A stretch of DNA of 64,000 nt from Eledone cirrhosa (lineage: Eukaryota), in contig OZ024746.1 in the NCBI GenBank assembly GCA_964016885.1, positions 58,900,001 to 58,964,000 of the forward strand, read 5' to 3'. Both the position numbers and the translations under genes were made by a program. Below, piece after piece: positions 13,164 through 26,354 of the stretch. The notes beneath the pieces are model-generated. The model was not told the DNA's origin. It saw nothing but the letters and a program-made list of their open reading frames with translations, and ran no database searches. Numbering within the stretch: position 1 is the first letter of the stretch; each line of letters begins with the position of its first letter.

Positions 13164-15215
13164 GTGCAATGTTCTGCAGGAGTCGTATAACTTGTAAAAA
13201 AAAGAAAGAATAATAATAATTGCACGTCTTCTGATATATATGTCCCTATATCAGAATATATCAAAATCGCCATGTTTTATATATAAAAAAAAAACATTAT
13301 ATGTAGAAGAATCAAATTTATTTCGTGGTAAATTCCTTTTATTTGATTCCATTTCTTCAAATATGTTGTGCTAAATTATATCAATCTGTGCTTGAAAACT
13401 CGCCTAAATCTGGAACTTTCTCCTGGAAATAGAAAATCGCAAAAATAAAAACAAATCATATAAAATTAAACATAAATAAAATGATATGAAATGAAATAAC
13501 TACTTTAAATTTTCAGATTTCGTTTGAAAATTTTAGTCTGACATCTAGAAGAAGAAAAAATATAACAATTCTGAATTTCTCTCCATGATATTTATTCTTA
13601 CTTTTATAACATAAATTCCATTTTTCCTGTGTCTTTGTATACAACTTGTTTGCGAATTTATTTCCAATACATAAGTGCATTTTCGTTTTGTATTATATGG
13701 TTGTTATTAGTTGTTTTTATTATTGTTGTTTCTTTCTATTGGTTTGCGTTGTTGGTTATGATTTTGGTTTTAGTTTATTCTTATTTATGTATATTCGCCT
13801 TAAAATTTGACAATATAATCCAGATCAGAGAAGCAAGTCATTACAAATATTATTTCTCAGCAAACGAGGTGTTTTGTGTACATCAGCGAAAAAATTGATT
13901 AACGTATATTTTTGGTAAAAAACAAAACAAACAAACAAAACAAAACCAAAAGTACAAGAAAATAACAACATGAAAGCAATATAATTTAAAGCCACAAATG
14001 GACATATTTTCAGCATTATACTCTCTTAAAATGTGCTATAATAGTAAATATTTGGATTAAAATTCTTCTATTGTCTACCGAACGATTTATATTCTAAATA
14101 TATCAATTAAACAAGATTGACAATTCAGTTATATCAATATTAATAGAATATATAAACAAAAGGCAGCAGGAGTAGAATCTGTAGTAAACTGGATTAAATA
14201 TTGATTTTTGCGTGTTTTCTTTTATGTTTATTTCCGATACTAAATTCAGTTTCTTGAATTTTCGTGTTCAGATCTTAGAAAGATCTGCTTCGTAAATTAG
14301 GACCCAACGCATCACATGCTAGTTGATAGCTTGACATGCTAACATATGTAGTTAAATCACCTACGTTCAACCAACCAACTGCAAAATGGGCAAACAGTGT
14401 ATATTAAGATCCAACAAATGATACATTACTCCATTGCTTGTTATGTTAAAATCTATAGTTAAAACTGCATTTAATCCAGCTCACTATAAAACTTTACATG
14501 TTGTGGTTCAACGAATAAAACGTTGTCTGAGCTGCTGAAAGTTGTAGTCAACTCTTTTAAGTATCCCAGCCTTCTATAAAATAGGCAAACTTTATATATT
14601 AAGATCCAATGAATGAAACGTTACTCGATTGCGTGATCTGCTAAAAGTTTTAGTCATATCTATAAAGTTTTAATTGATCATTTAATATTTTTGGTACTAA
14701 ACTGCCAAAAATTGATCCTGATTTTATGATACAAATTCTTTTTTTTTTAATTGTTCATACTTAAAGTTAAACCTTCCATCATAATTTTATGTAAGAACAT
14801 TTATGTTCAAAACACCAGATTAATAACGAAAAAGCAACATATTGATTGTATGCATGTTTTTATTAGAAATATGGTAGCTAAAGAGTTAAAGATATATCTC
14901 TACGAAAGTTGTTTCCATTGCACCGTTAACATCTTGCTTTTTAACATAGGCAACTGACATGGCTGGTATTTGACGCAAGTATTTCTTTTCTCTCTTCTTT
15001 AATTGTGTTTTTTTTTTGTTTTTGTAAGTTTGTCTTTGTTTTTTCATTGCAAAACAATTGTTTCTTCTTTCTGTTTTCATTTTCGATCAGGAGCTAACCT
15101 CCGATACGTCAACACTCTATTATTGCTTCTTTTAAACGTTAAACTGCCATTGTAAGGTGCTGTTTGTTCATAATTTTACTACAGTGAAAATATATGAATG
15201 TGCGCGTCTATATAT

Positions 15216-15254
<39 letters not shown>

Positions 15255-15257
<3 letters not shown>

Positions 15258-15738
15258 CTCCCACATCTTCCCAGCCCCACCACTCCCCTCCTTCAAACGC
15301 GCACGCAATCTCCGCACCCTCCTCCTCCACAGCTCCCTACCCCCAACCCACGCTCACCCCCCCCGGTTCCTTTCCCTGTTTTAGGCCCCACTGCAACACC
15401 TGTCCCCACATCACCAACACCACCACCTTCCACGGTCCCAACGGCCACTCTCTCTCTGTCCGGCATGCCTTCCGCTGCACCTCCTCCAACCTAGACAGAC
15501 TGGACGTCGCCTGGCGGACAGATTTACTGAGCACCTCCGGGATATTCACCTCGGTGGTAGTTCCCCCATCGCCCGCCACTTTGGTGCCCCTGGACATTCC
15601 GCACACCACCTCACAGTCTGTGGCCTACTCCAATGCCACGGAACACCCGCCACTCTCCTAAGGGTCGAACAACGAACCATCTTCACCCTACAGACCCACA
15701 TTCCCCCCGGCCTGAACTCCCCACCCTTATTCCTTTAG
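15255..15738 (+). pseudogene. Penelope-like element C-terminus: Cys-rich linker plus GIY-YIG endonuclease remnant
   Basis: Frames give FKRARNLRTLL..., PGSFPCFRPHCNTCPHI...FRCTSSNL, then QTGRRLADRFTEHLRDI...ARHF...TVCGL...EQRTIFTLQTHIPPGLN. This is a Neptune-type PLE tail with frameshifts, and the GIY..YIG segment is deleted. Confidence 0.85.
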
Positions 15739-17207
15739 CCTTCGACCGCCGCCTCCCCCCACACATATCCCCCACTAACACCACTAACACACCCCTCCTT
15801 TTCACCGCCCATCCCACAACTAACAATACTAACACCTCCACGCCACATCCGACCACCCTTCCCCAACTAACATACTAACATCCCTCCCTTCTTCTCCTCC
15901 CCCCTCCTTATCACACGCACACACACACCGGTACATATATACACGCGCTTACACTAAACACACACCCTACTACCACCACTAACCCTCACCCCCACACATC
16001 CACCCACCACCCCGCAACTAACATCACTAACACCCCCTGACCCCAAGCACACGAACACACCCACCCACTTACACCACCCACTCTACACGCAACTAACATC
16101 ACTAACACCCCCCAACCCTACGCACACGAACACACACACCCTCTTACACCAACCACTCTACCCACCCTACCACCACTGACCCCCACTCACACCCGCATTC
16201 AACCCTTTCTCCACCTCCAGTATACTAACACCCCCTTCACGAAACACACACCCCAGTACACTACACTCCCTCCATCGCCCCCCCCCCACCCTTCTCTCCC
16301 CGCTCCACCCACACCCTTTCTCAAACATACACACATCCCACTAACACATCTACTAATACACACACAGCCCCTCCTCACTCCCACTTTCACACCTACCCAT
16401 CCTCTCCCCTGTCCACCGCACCTCCGCACACACTGTCACACCGACTTTCTTCACTTGCCATTCTACCCTACTGCTGCTATGCCTTTCTGACCACCTCCCC
16501 GCACACACAGACACACAACCCTCCTCCTGCCTTGACCCTCTGACCACTTCCTGTTGCGCGCGCACCCCACATCTCCCCTCTTCCGACCAATCTCTTCACG
16601 GATTACACATATGTGAACCTTGATCTCGAGAATGTACCGCATCCCAAGGATTTTACTCAGCATTCAACCACATCGTTTTACGGAATTACCTTTACGACTC
16701 ACCCCCAGACATACACCCCAAAAAAATGTTTTCCCACACGCCACCTACATCCACAACACGCATAAACACCACACACTCACGTGCGTACCACCACATATTT
16801 ACACATTCAGCCTCCGGAATCCTCTCCCCCCACCCCTCTATCCACACACGCACACATACTCCGACCTACACCCCACCCACACACACCTCTTCCTGAACAT
16901 GCAACCCCGTTCTGCCCCCAACCCTTTCTTTCACCTACACACACACACACACACACACGTACACCTACACACACACACACCACCTTCAGCCCTCCCCGCT
17001 CGGACACCCCGTCTCCCTCTCCCCACTCCACCCGCCACCTCCCCTACACGCCCCACACCCTTCCACCACCTGTTTTACCCCATTTTAATTTTATTTTGAT
17101 CATGCCTTTATTTTTAATTTCATTTGCACCGTTTCCTCTCACCCCATTTTTGCTATATGTCTCTCCACCACTCCCCTACACACCCTTTGAACTCTCTTCC
17201 CACACAC

Positions 17208-17328
17208 TTTTCACCTGAAGAAGGGTTTATGCCCGAAACGTCGTCCCCCACCCCACCCCACTCTCAAGAGCGTGAAACTAATAAACCTTTGTTCGTACTG
17301 CCTCTCTGTTTTGTTCCCGTTCAATGTT

Positions 17329-17335
<7 letters not shown>
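17208..17335 (+). ncRNA. Minimal HHR and AATAAA at the 3' terminus of the 15255 PLE
   Basis: TTTTCAC-CTGAAGA-A GGG TTTATG CCC-GAAACGTC at 17215, then AATAAA at 17281 and (TA)n. A solo minus-strand copy of the tail lies at 24340-24404. Confidence 0.7.
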
Positions 17336-17382
<47 letters not shown>

Positions 17383-17451
17383 CATACATACATACATACA
17401 TGCACATGCACAGACACAGACACGGACACACAAACACACACACACACACGC

Positions 17452-17529
<78 letters not shown>

Positions 17530-17633
17530 TATATATATAAGCAGAAGAGATATTCAATTTGTTGGTAATTCAACAAATATAAATGTTTATAACTGATTCA
17601 GAGCACTCGACAAGTTTTCTGGAGTATAATATT

Positions 17634-17960
17634 CAATGATATTAAATAAATGGAAACTATATTTATAAAACCATATTTATTTTATTATATTTCAAGGGTA
17701 CCAAAAACTTTGGTACGCTTTCATCAAATAAAATACAAAGTGTGTTATATAAATTTTGACATAGCCAAGGAAAATACCTAAACAGTTGGCTATCCAAGGA
17801 AAATTTCAACCGATAAGGTATGTTCCTTGGCTATGTCAACATTTCTAAAACACACTTTATATTTTATCTGATGAAAGCGTACCAAAGTTTTTGCTACCCT
17901 TGAAATATATATAATATAATAAATATGGTTTTATAAATATAGTTTCCATTTATTTAATAT

Positions 17961-17965
<5 letters not shown>
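17634..17965. mobile_element. Fold-back element with two HHRs (family G)
   Basis: Arms about 17634-17779 and 17816-17965. HHR ATTTTAT-CTGATGA-AAGCGTACCAAA..TTTG(G/C)TACCCTT-GAAA TA TA at 17861-17915, mirror at 17679-17734. Confidence 0.75.
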
Positions 17966-18043
<78 letters not shown>

Positions 18044-18632
18044 AATTTTAGTACAGCATTAACGAAGCTTTTGGCTGCGCCTAAGCTAACGAATGCAGAT
18101 TCAGGATACAGCTTAGCACTCAATGGAGAATAATACCCAAGAGTTATAACAATACGTTTAGACAGCTTTGCAAATCAAATATAGCGAACGACAGTCCAGC
18201 CGCATTGGCATAGCAACGAAAAAAACTGAACTCAGGAAAAGATATATATATGTATGTATGTATATATATATATATTTATATAAGCAAATATGTATAATAT
18301 ATTCTTGAACTGACGAAGAAAATTTCGAAGCAATATTACGTTTGATTAAACAAGAGAAAATATAATCAGAGAATCAGAAAAATCATTCAGAAAACACCCA
18401 CTCGAACCATGTAGACTCTGTTGGATGTATGTGTATGTGTCTGTTTGTCTGTTTGTGTATGTGCCCGTGTTTATATATGTGTCTGCCTGGCGTGTATCTT
18501 GCTTATTCGTATCATCTGTCTAAAGGTCTGCATATATGTCCTGTGCATGTGTATGCGTTTTATGCGGCCGTCTATGTAGATAAATACAAGTATATATATA
18601 TATAAATGTAATCTGAGTTTTTCGAATATCAA

Positions 18633-19313
18633 TAATTGATTCTACTTTTGGCACAAGGCCAGCAATTATCCAGTACATTACTGGTACTTTATTTTATCTA
18701 CCCCGAAAGGATGGAGTTAACCTCGGGGGGATTTGAACTCAGTCCGTAAAGGGACGTAACTATGCTGGAAAGCATGGCGTCCGACTCTCTACCGATGCTG
18801 CCAATTCACCGCCTTTTAGAATATTAATAATTGATTCTACTTTTGGCACAAGGCCAGCAATTACTCAGTGCATTACTGGTACTTTATTTTATCGACCCCG
18901 TAAGGATGAAATATTAATAATAACATTTGATTCGTTTGCAATTATGCAAACAAGCCTGTATTTTATAGCCATGTCCGTAGAATGAACACTTCATTCTTAC
19001 TCTTTAGAAACATTAGAGTCTGCAGTTCTTCTGTTCACATGACAATACAACAGCAAGAATGAAAGGTTCATTCTACTGACATGGCTATAAAATTGAGGCA
19101 TAATTGCAAACGAATTGAATGTTATGGTGGATTGGCAGTATCGGTAGAGGGTCGGACGCCATGCTCTGACGCATAGAGTTACGGCCCTTGCTATTCTGAG
19201 TTCAAATGCCGCCGAGGTTAACTTTGCCTTTCATCACTTACAGGGTCGATAAAATAAGGTACCAGTAATGTACTGGTGAATGGCTGGCCTTGTGCCTAAA
19301 GTAAAAACAATTA
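18633..19313. mobile_element. SINE cluster (18633-18813 -, 18828-18910 - partial, 19126-19313 +) inside an inverted repeat spanning about 18600-19345
   Basis: Main SINE consensus. Host arms ATAAATGTAATCTGAGTTTT / AAAACTCAGATTACATTTAT and 18921-18998 / 19054-19124. Confidence 0.8.
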
Positions 19314-19443
19314 TTAATATTCGCAAAACTCAGATTACATTTATTGTATTCAGCCATGTAGAGCGAAATTTTCTTTTTTATTAGTATATATATATATATA
19401 TGAGTGTGCGTGTGTGGTGTATAAATATATATATATACATATA

Positions 19444-19517
<74 letters not shown>

Positions 19518-19538
19518 ATATATGTATATATATATACG

Positions 19539-19593
<55 letters not shown>

Positions 19594-20044
19594 ATATGTA
19601 TATATATATATATGCGTATTTCTTAAGCTGTTTTTATGTATGCTTGCATGTGTGTACTGTGTGTGTAGGTGTGTATCCGTCTATATATATGAGTGTATGT
19701 GTGAGAGTGCCTTGTCTTGCCTTTTACGTCTTTCTTTAAGCTGTGTGCTATCTCATTTAACGTGTGTTATATATGTGTGAATAGATGTCTCTCCCTATCT
19801 CCATGAATGTGTATCAAATATTAATTATTTAACTTGTGTTTAGCTGACAGGCAGTACAGCTAATGAAGTGCAGAAGAAACGAGATCGTTGATCCGTACAC
19901 GTCACAGCTCCAGGTACTAAATCGAGTGTTTGTAAATAACTATATATAGGTAATAAAATAAGAGTATGTCTGTGTATGTGTACGTGTGTGTGTACTTGTG
20001 TGTGTGTGTTCAGTTATATCTGTACTCAAGTATATATATGTATA

Positions 20045-20120
<76 letters not shown>

Positions 20121-20184
20121 TACATATATATGTATTTATAAATATATATATATATTTCTATATTATATGGATGTATATGTATTT

Positions 20185-20269
<85 letters not shown>

Positions 20270-20392
20270 AAAAGAGTCAGGACCCCGACGACTGAGCTCC
20301 GGTCGTTTCGACAGCTAGTTTTGAACTACAGTAGTTCGGACTCTGGTGCGTTATGGTACACCTGGTATCTTATCACACCCTCTTTGTTATAT

Positions 20393-20982
<590 letters not shown>

Positions 20983-21077
20983 TATATATGTGAGTGGTTG
21001 TGTGTGTGTGTGTGAGCGAGAGAGTGAGATTGAGAGAGAGAGAGAGAGAGAGTGTGTGTGAGCGAGAGAGTGAGATT

Positions 21078-21111
<34 letters not shown>

Positions 21112-21386
21112 GAGAGAGAGTATACGTACGTCTATGTATGTATATATATATGTGTTGTGTCTCTATGTATTTTAATGAGTATGTTAGTCTTGCTCTATTT
21201 AGATAATCGCGTTGGTCTGCAAAATTCAATCTTCGTGTGTATAATTTGTTTCAGTGTTCATCATTTCGTTAAAATGAGATTCTCTGTACGTTGGTAATTA
21301 CGTAGGTTAAATATATTCATGCGTAAAAATAGGTTAACATTACAGTGAATGAATATGTTTTTGCATATGTGTGTGTATTTGCACAT

Positions 21387-21456
<70 letters not shown>

Positions 21457-21849
21457 CTCTCTCTCTCTCTTTCTCTCTCTCTCTTTCTCTCTCTCACTCT
21501 CTCTCTATCTATCAATCTATCTATCTGTCTCTGTCTCTCTCTCTCACACACACACACTCAGACACATATTTATAATACAAAGTGAGGAAAGATAATGGTA
21601 CCACTGAGGATGTCACAAATGTGTGACGAAAGAACTTTGATAGACTATATATATATATATATATTTTATTTATTTATTTATATATGTATTTTAAACCGTT
21701 GATGAATCAATGATATGCATTGATTGCCAGGTAAATTAACTATGGAGATATAAATGATAGAGGACCGAAAACGAAGCCTAACCAAACAATGAGTGTGTTC
21801 TGCTATTATTTTTGGCAATATTATAACAATATGACCCTCCCCAAGTATA

Positions 21850-21927
<78 letters not shown>

Positions 21928-23806
21928 TCAACCCTTACATCTGCGACTGTGCGTTTACATGGTTGTGTTCGTATATGTATTTTTTCTATATATGTGAGTT
22001 TACATCTGTTCGTATGTTTAATTAAACATGGGTGTAAACATTTTGTGTGTGTGTTGGTATGCCTGTGTGTGTGTGTCCGTATGCCTGAGTGCGTGTGTCC
22101 GTATGCCTGTGTTTGTGAGAGTGTGTATGCACGCGTACGCATTCCAATGATTGTGCATGTGTGTCCAGTGTATGTGGACATCAGTTGCCCATCTGAGTTA
22201 CGCCACACTTTCATATATCGGGTTAATTATGTTTAACTTATCCTCAGTTTTATATGAAACAGTTACCAACATTTAACATGACCAGTATTCTCAAACTCAA
22301 TGTTTTAACGTGTGTTGATCATATTATACGGTATTTTGTTATTTTCATACTTTATTTAGTCTATTTATGTACTTACAATGTTTCAAAACATTTTATCTTT
22401 TATGTAGATCATTATGTATATCATTTCAGTTTGATATCTTCCTGAAATTTCTCACGCTGCGCTGAGATATAAACGAAACATATCAACAAAGAGATCATCA
22501 TGTTTAATAAAATGAATTGCATTAAAACAACACCAAGCTGTGATCTCTGCTAGGAACGTTGCTAAACAACCAAGGAACGAAAACCCTAATTAAAATACCG
22601 TCAGCTGGCTTACTTCCATCAGCAAGATATATTTTTAAAATGTCTGTGAATGGCATTCTAATATTAAAAGCATCATTGGTGTTTGATCCTATTTCTTTAT
22701 TCATTATTGTCATTTTTTTAAAAAGAATATGATTTATTTTCAGAAATATTTCGCAGGCTATGAACATAAATCTTTTGGAAATTTAAAGCTATGAGATTCT
22801 ATTACGTTTTAGCCATAAATCATTTTATTAATATCGGATTAGAAAAATGCATTGAGTAGCAATTAACAAGTTTCATTTATATGTTGGGCCATAACAGCTA
22901 CTGAGTCAATAGTCTGACATATCTAATGCTTCGCCGGAACTTTGCTGTACATCACCAGCTGGATATATCCACAGATAGCATCATCGTTTGACAATTTGCA
23001 GTCTTGCTGAAGATTCCTTGAAGGGCGGGGAGGAGGGAGTGTAAGTTACAGATGAGTGGAAGTAAGAGAAAATATCAAATGAGGTATATAGAGAGGACCG
23101 TTAATCGTTATGTTAGTGAGAAGGCAAAATCTGTCATGTTTCTCGGTCATATTTCGTTGACCTTACATGTATAAGGGATACAGCCGAATACTATAAATAT
23201 TAAAATATAATCTTACACACTCGAACGATAAAGTTAGTTGTTGGAAATTGCGTGATCACGGATATATCGATTTTTCTTCAGAAAATGCAGTAATATTTAC
23301 TGATAAAAGCAATCTGATGCAATCTAAAATATTTTTTTCTTCTCGGATTAACAACCCAATATCATTCACCAAATAACTTCCCGGAATCACAGCCAATATC
23401 TTTCAAAATATTACTATGGGTAACTAATATAGGATTTATTCATTTAACTATAACTTGTACCCACATCTTTTATAACATTTATGGATTAAAACAGTATTAG
23501 TTAGTTGCTCGTGCTCCATGTAGAGCATTTCATGAGCCTACACCCAGGTTCCCCTATGGCATTAACTCAAGAAAAGCTCTCGCTAATCTCGTCGTGGGCA
23601 TGTGTAACACGTGGGTAAACATCTTCCGTCACAACGTAAATATGTCCAAAGTAAATACAGAAATGGATATGTAACCACGTATTTCACTGGACTTCATTAA
23701 ATGAGAAACAAGATAGGTTCGAAAATCTATTAAAGTTATTTCTCGTTGTTTTCAGTTTACAAGATGTGTACATTTCGCATGTCCCGTTTACTTCTTTAGT
23801 ATGTTA

Positions 23807-23883
<77 letters not shown>

Positions 23884-23887
23884 AGAA

Positions 23888-24253
23888 TAGAAAACGAAAA
23901 ATCAGTGATGCATCTGAACTCAGTTTATTGTGTGTTACAATTGTTTCGCCGGCGGACAGCTCGAGACGCGATCATTGTGTGGATCTGTCTGATTCTGGAC
24001 CCGCAGGTTCGACGGACACGCCTAATGATTTCGGAGCATATTCTGTCCGTCGAACCTGCGGGTCCAGAATCAAACAGATCCACACAATGATCGCGTCCCG
24101 AGCTGTCCGCCGGGGAAACAATTGTAGCACACAATAAATTGAGTTCAGATGCATCACTGATTTTTCGTTTTCTTTTCTATCATACTCTTCTCTGAAAGAG
24201 CATAGAGGACTCAACCGGCATACCGCCTATGAAAACATCTTAGCTACCATCAG

Positions 24254-24260
<7 letters not shown>
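23888..24260. mobile_element. Near-perfect fold-back element (about 130-bp arms) plus tail
   Basis: 23890-24017 is the inverse of 24044-24172. Contains GAAAC AATT GTA (palindromic stem III-like HHR 3' half). Confidence 0.7.
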
Positions 24261-24284
<24 letters not shown>

Positions 24285-24299
24285 GTAATTGTAACGTCC

Positions 24300-24338
<39 letters not shown>

Positions 24339-24402
24339 GAGAAAAATGGAACGGGAACAAAACAGAGAGGCAGTACGAACAAAGGTTTATTAGTTTCACG
24401 CT

Positions 24403-24447
<45 letters not shown>

Positions 24448-24530
24448 ATAATAATAAATTTGAAGACTAAAATCTAAAAAGGGCTCGATACGGATAAATA
24501 TATATCAAATATATAAGAACCGTAGAACAA

Positions 24531-24673
24531 ATATTTATTAAAATAACAGATTAAAGTTTAAGCAAAGAATCGCTGCTTTCACCCTTAACGGGATCTTCTG
24601 AAACAGTAGATCCCGTTAAGGGTGAAAGCAGCGATTCTTTGCTTAAACTTTAATCTGTTATTTTAATAAATAT
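24531..24673. mobile_element. Fold-back element with variant-core HHR (family E); single arm at 11389-11460
   Basis: Near-perfect hairpin. Minus strand reads GTTT-CAGAAGA-T CCC GTTAA GGG T-GAAA GCA...TGC TT|AAAC. Confidence 0.7.
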
Positions 24674-24807
24674 ATACATATATATATATAGGGATTGTAA
24701 TGTCCGGATATTAGAGGTTCACCAGATTTCTCTCATTACCATAACATATGTCCGACGAACTATCCTGTTTCTCCTTCAACCGGCGAATGGGGTAAATAAC
24801 CTACTAA

Positions 24808-25271
24808 TAATGGTTTCTGATTCAGGCACAAGGCCAGCAATTACGCAGTGGAATACTGGTACATCCAACCCGTAAAGATGAAAGACAAAAATAACCTTAG
24901 CGGGAATTGAACTCAGAACGTAAATGGCCAATGGTTTCCGATTTAGGCACAAGGCCAACAATTTGGGCGAGAAGGGAATATTGATTAAATCAACCCCAGT
25001 GCATTCCTGGTGCTTTATTTTATAGACCCCGTAAAGATGAAAGACAAAGATAACCTTGGCGAGATTTGAACTCAAAACGTAAAGGACTGTAACTCTATGC
25101 CGCAAAGCAGGTTGTCTGATATTCTTCCGATAGTGCCAATTCACTGGCCTATTACTAGACTAATGATAAAAGCCAAAATTGTGCGTGATGACCCTCCAAA
25201 AGTATATCACTATACATATATATACGTGAATATATATATATTGTTATACTTGGGGAGGGTCATATTTCTGT

Positions 25272-25313
<42 letters not shown>

Positions 25314-25777
25314 CCCAGTGCATTACTGGTACTTTATTTTATCGACCCTGTAAGGATGAAAGGCAAAGTTAAACTCGGCGGGATTTGAACTCAGAATGGC
25401 AAGGGCCGTAACTCTATACGTCAAAGCATGGTGTCCCACCCTCTACCAATACTGACAAATATTAATAAATTAGTTTTGCTATTGTGCACTTTTACTTGAG
25501 CTTATTGTAAACCCCTACTGTCCGTGTTTTTGTATTGTCCCCTATATATCAGCTCTTGTGGCCAATAAATTAAATTATTATTATTATTGGTGGATTGGCA
25601 GTATCGGTAGAGAGTCGGACGTCATGCTTTACAGTATAGAGTTACGGCCCTTTATGGTCTGAGTTCAAATCCCGCCGAGGTTAACTTTGCCTTTCATCCT
25701 TACGAGGTCGATAAAATAAAAGTACCAGTAATGCACTGGAGAAATTGCTGGCCTTGTGCCAAAAGTAGAAACAATCA
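24808..25777. mobile_element. Cluster of four main-family SINEs (24808-24925 -, 24930-25148 -, 25309-25458 -, 25589-25777 +)
   Basis: Matches to the SINE consensus motifs. Confidence 0.8.
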
Positions 25778-26259
25778 TAATTATTATTATATTAGAATGT
25801 CACTTTAGAATTCAAGAAGAAGAAGAAGAAGAAGAAGAACAACAACAACAACAACGAACTAAATGGAGGAATGAAAGACTCCGCAGTAGGAGGTGGTGTC
25901 CTAGTCAGCGTCATTTCTATTCTGTTTCTTGTCTGCTGCCCCAGCAACGTTATTAGAATATAAATTCCTTTGGCACATGTTCCACACGTTCATTTATCCA
26001 ATTATCGAAACAATAATAGACTTTTATTTTTATTTCTTAATGAGATAGTAAATCGATCGCCGTCTGTCTGTGGTATCAATGAAAATTTATTACAGTGATC
26101 TCTAATACCGTCATCGAGGTCAAAGCTATAATCAAAATGTCCTCGAGTAACTGTTATAATTGGGACGTATTTAGTAATGTGGTCTCTTACTCTCTCTGAT
26201 TATCAGTTTGTCTCTTTTTATCTATCTCTCTACCTACCTATATATATATATATAATATA

Positions 26260-26351
<92 letters not shown>

Positions 26352-26354
<3 letters not shown>

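Noticed and set aside
18305-18345. CTGACGA...TTTCGAAG as a hammerhead
   Set aside because: GAAA is broken, the stem II loop is too short, and there is no stem I or III support.
22520-23020. Possible GPCR-like pseudogene (hydrophobic peptides)
   Set aside because: Multiple stops and no convincing motif spacing. AT-rich DNA yields hydrophobic peptides by chance.
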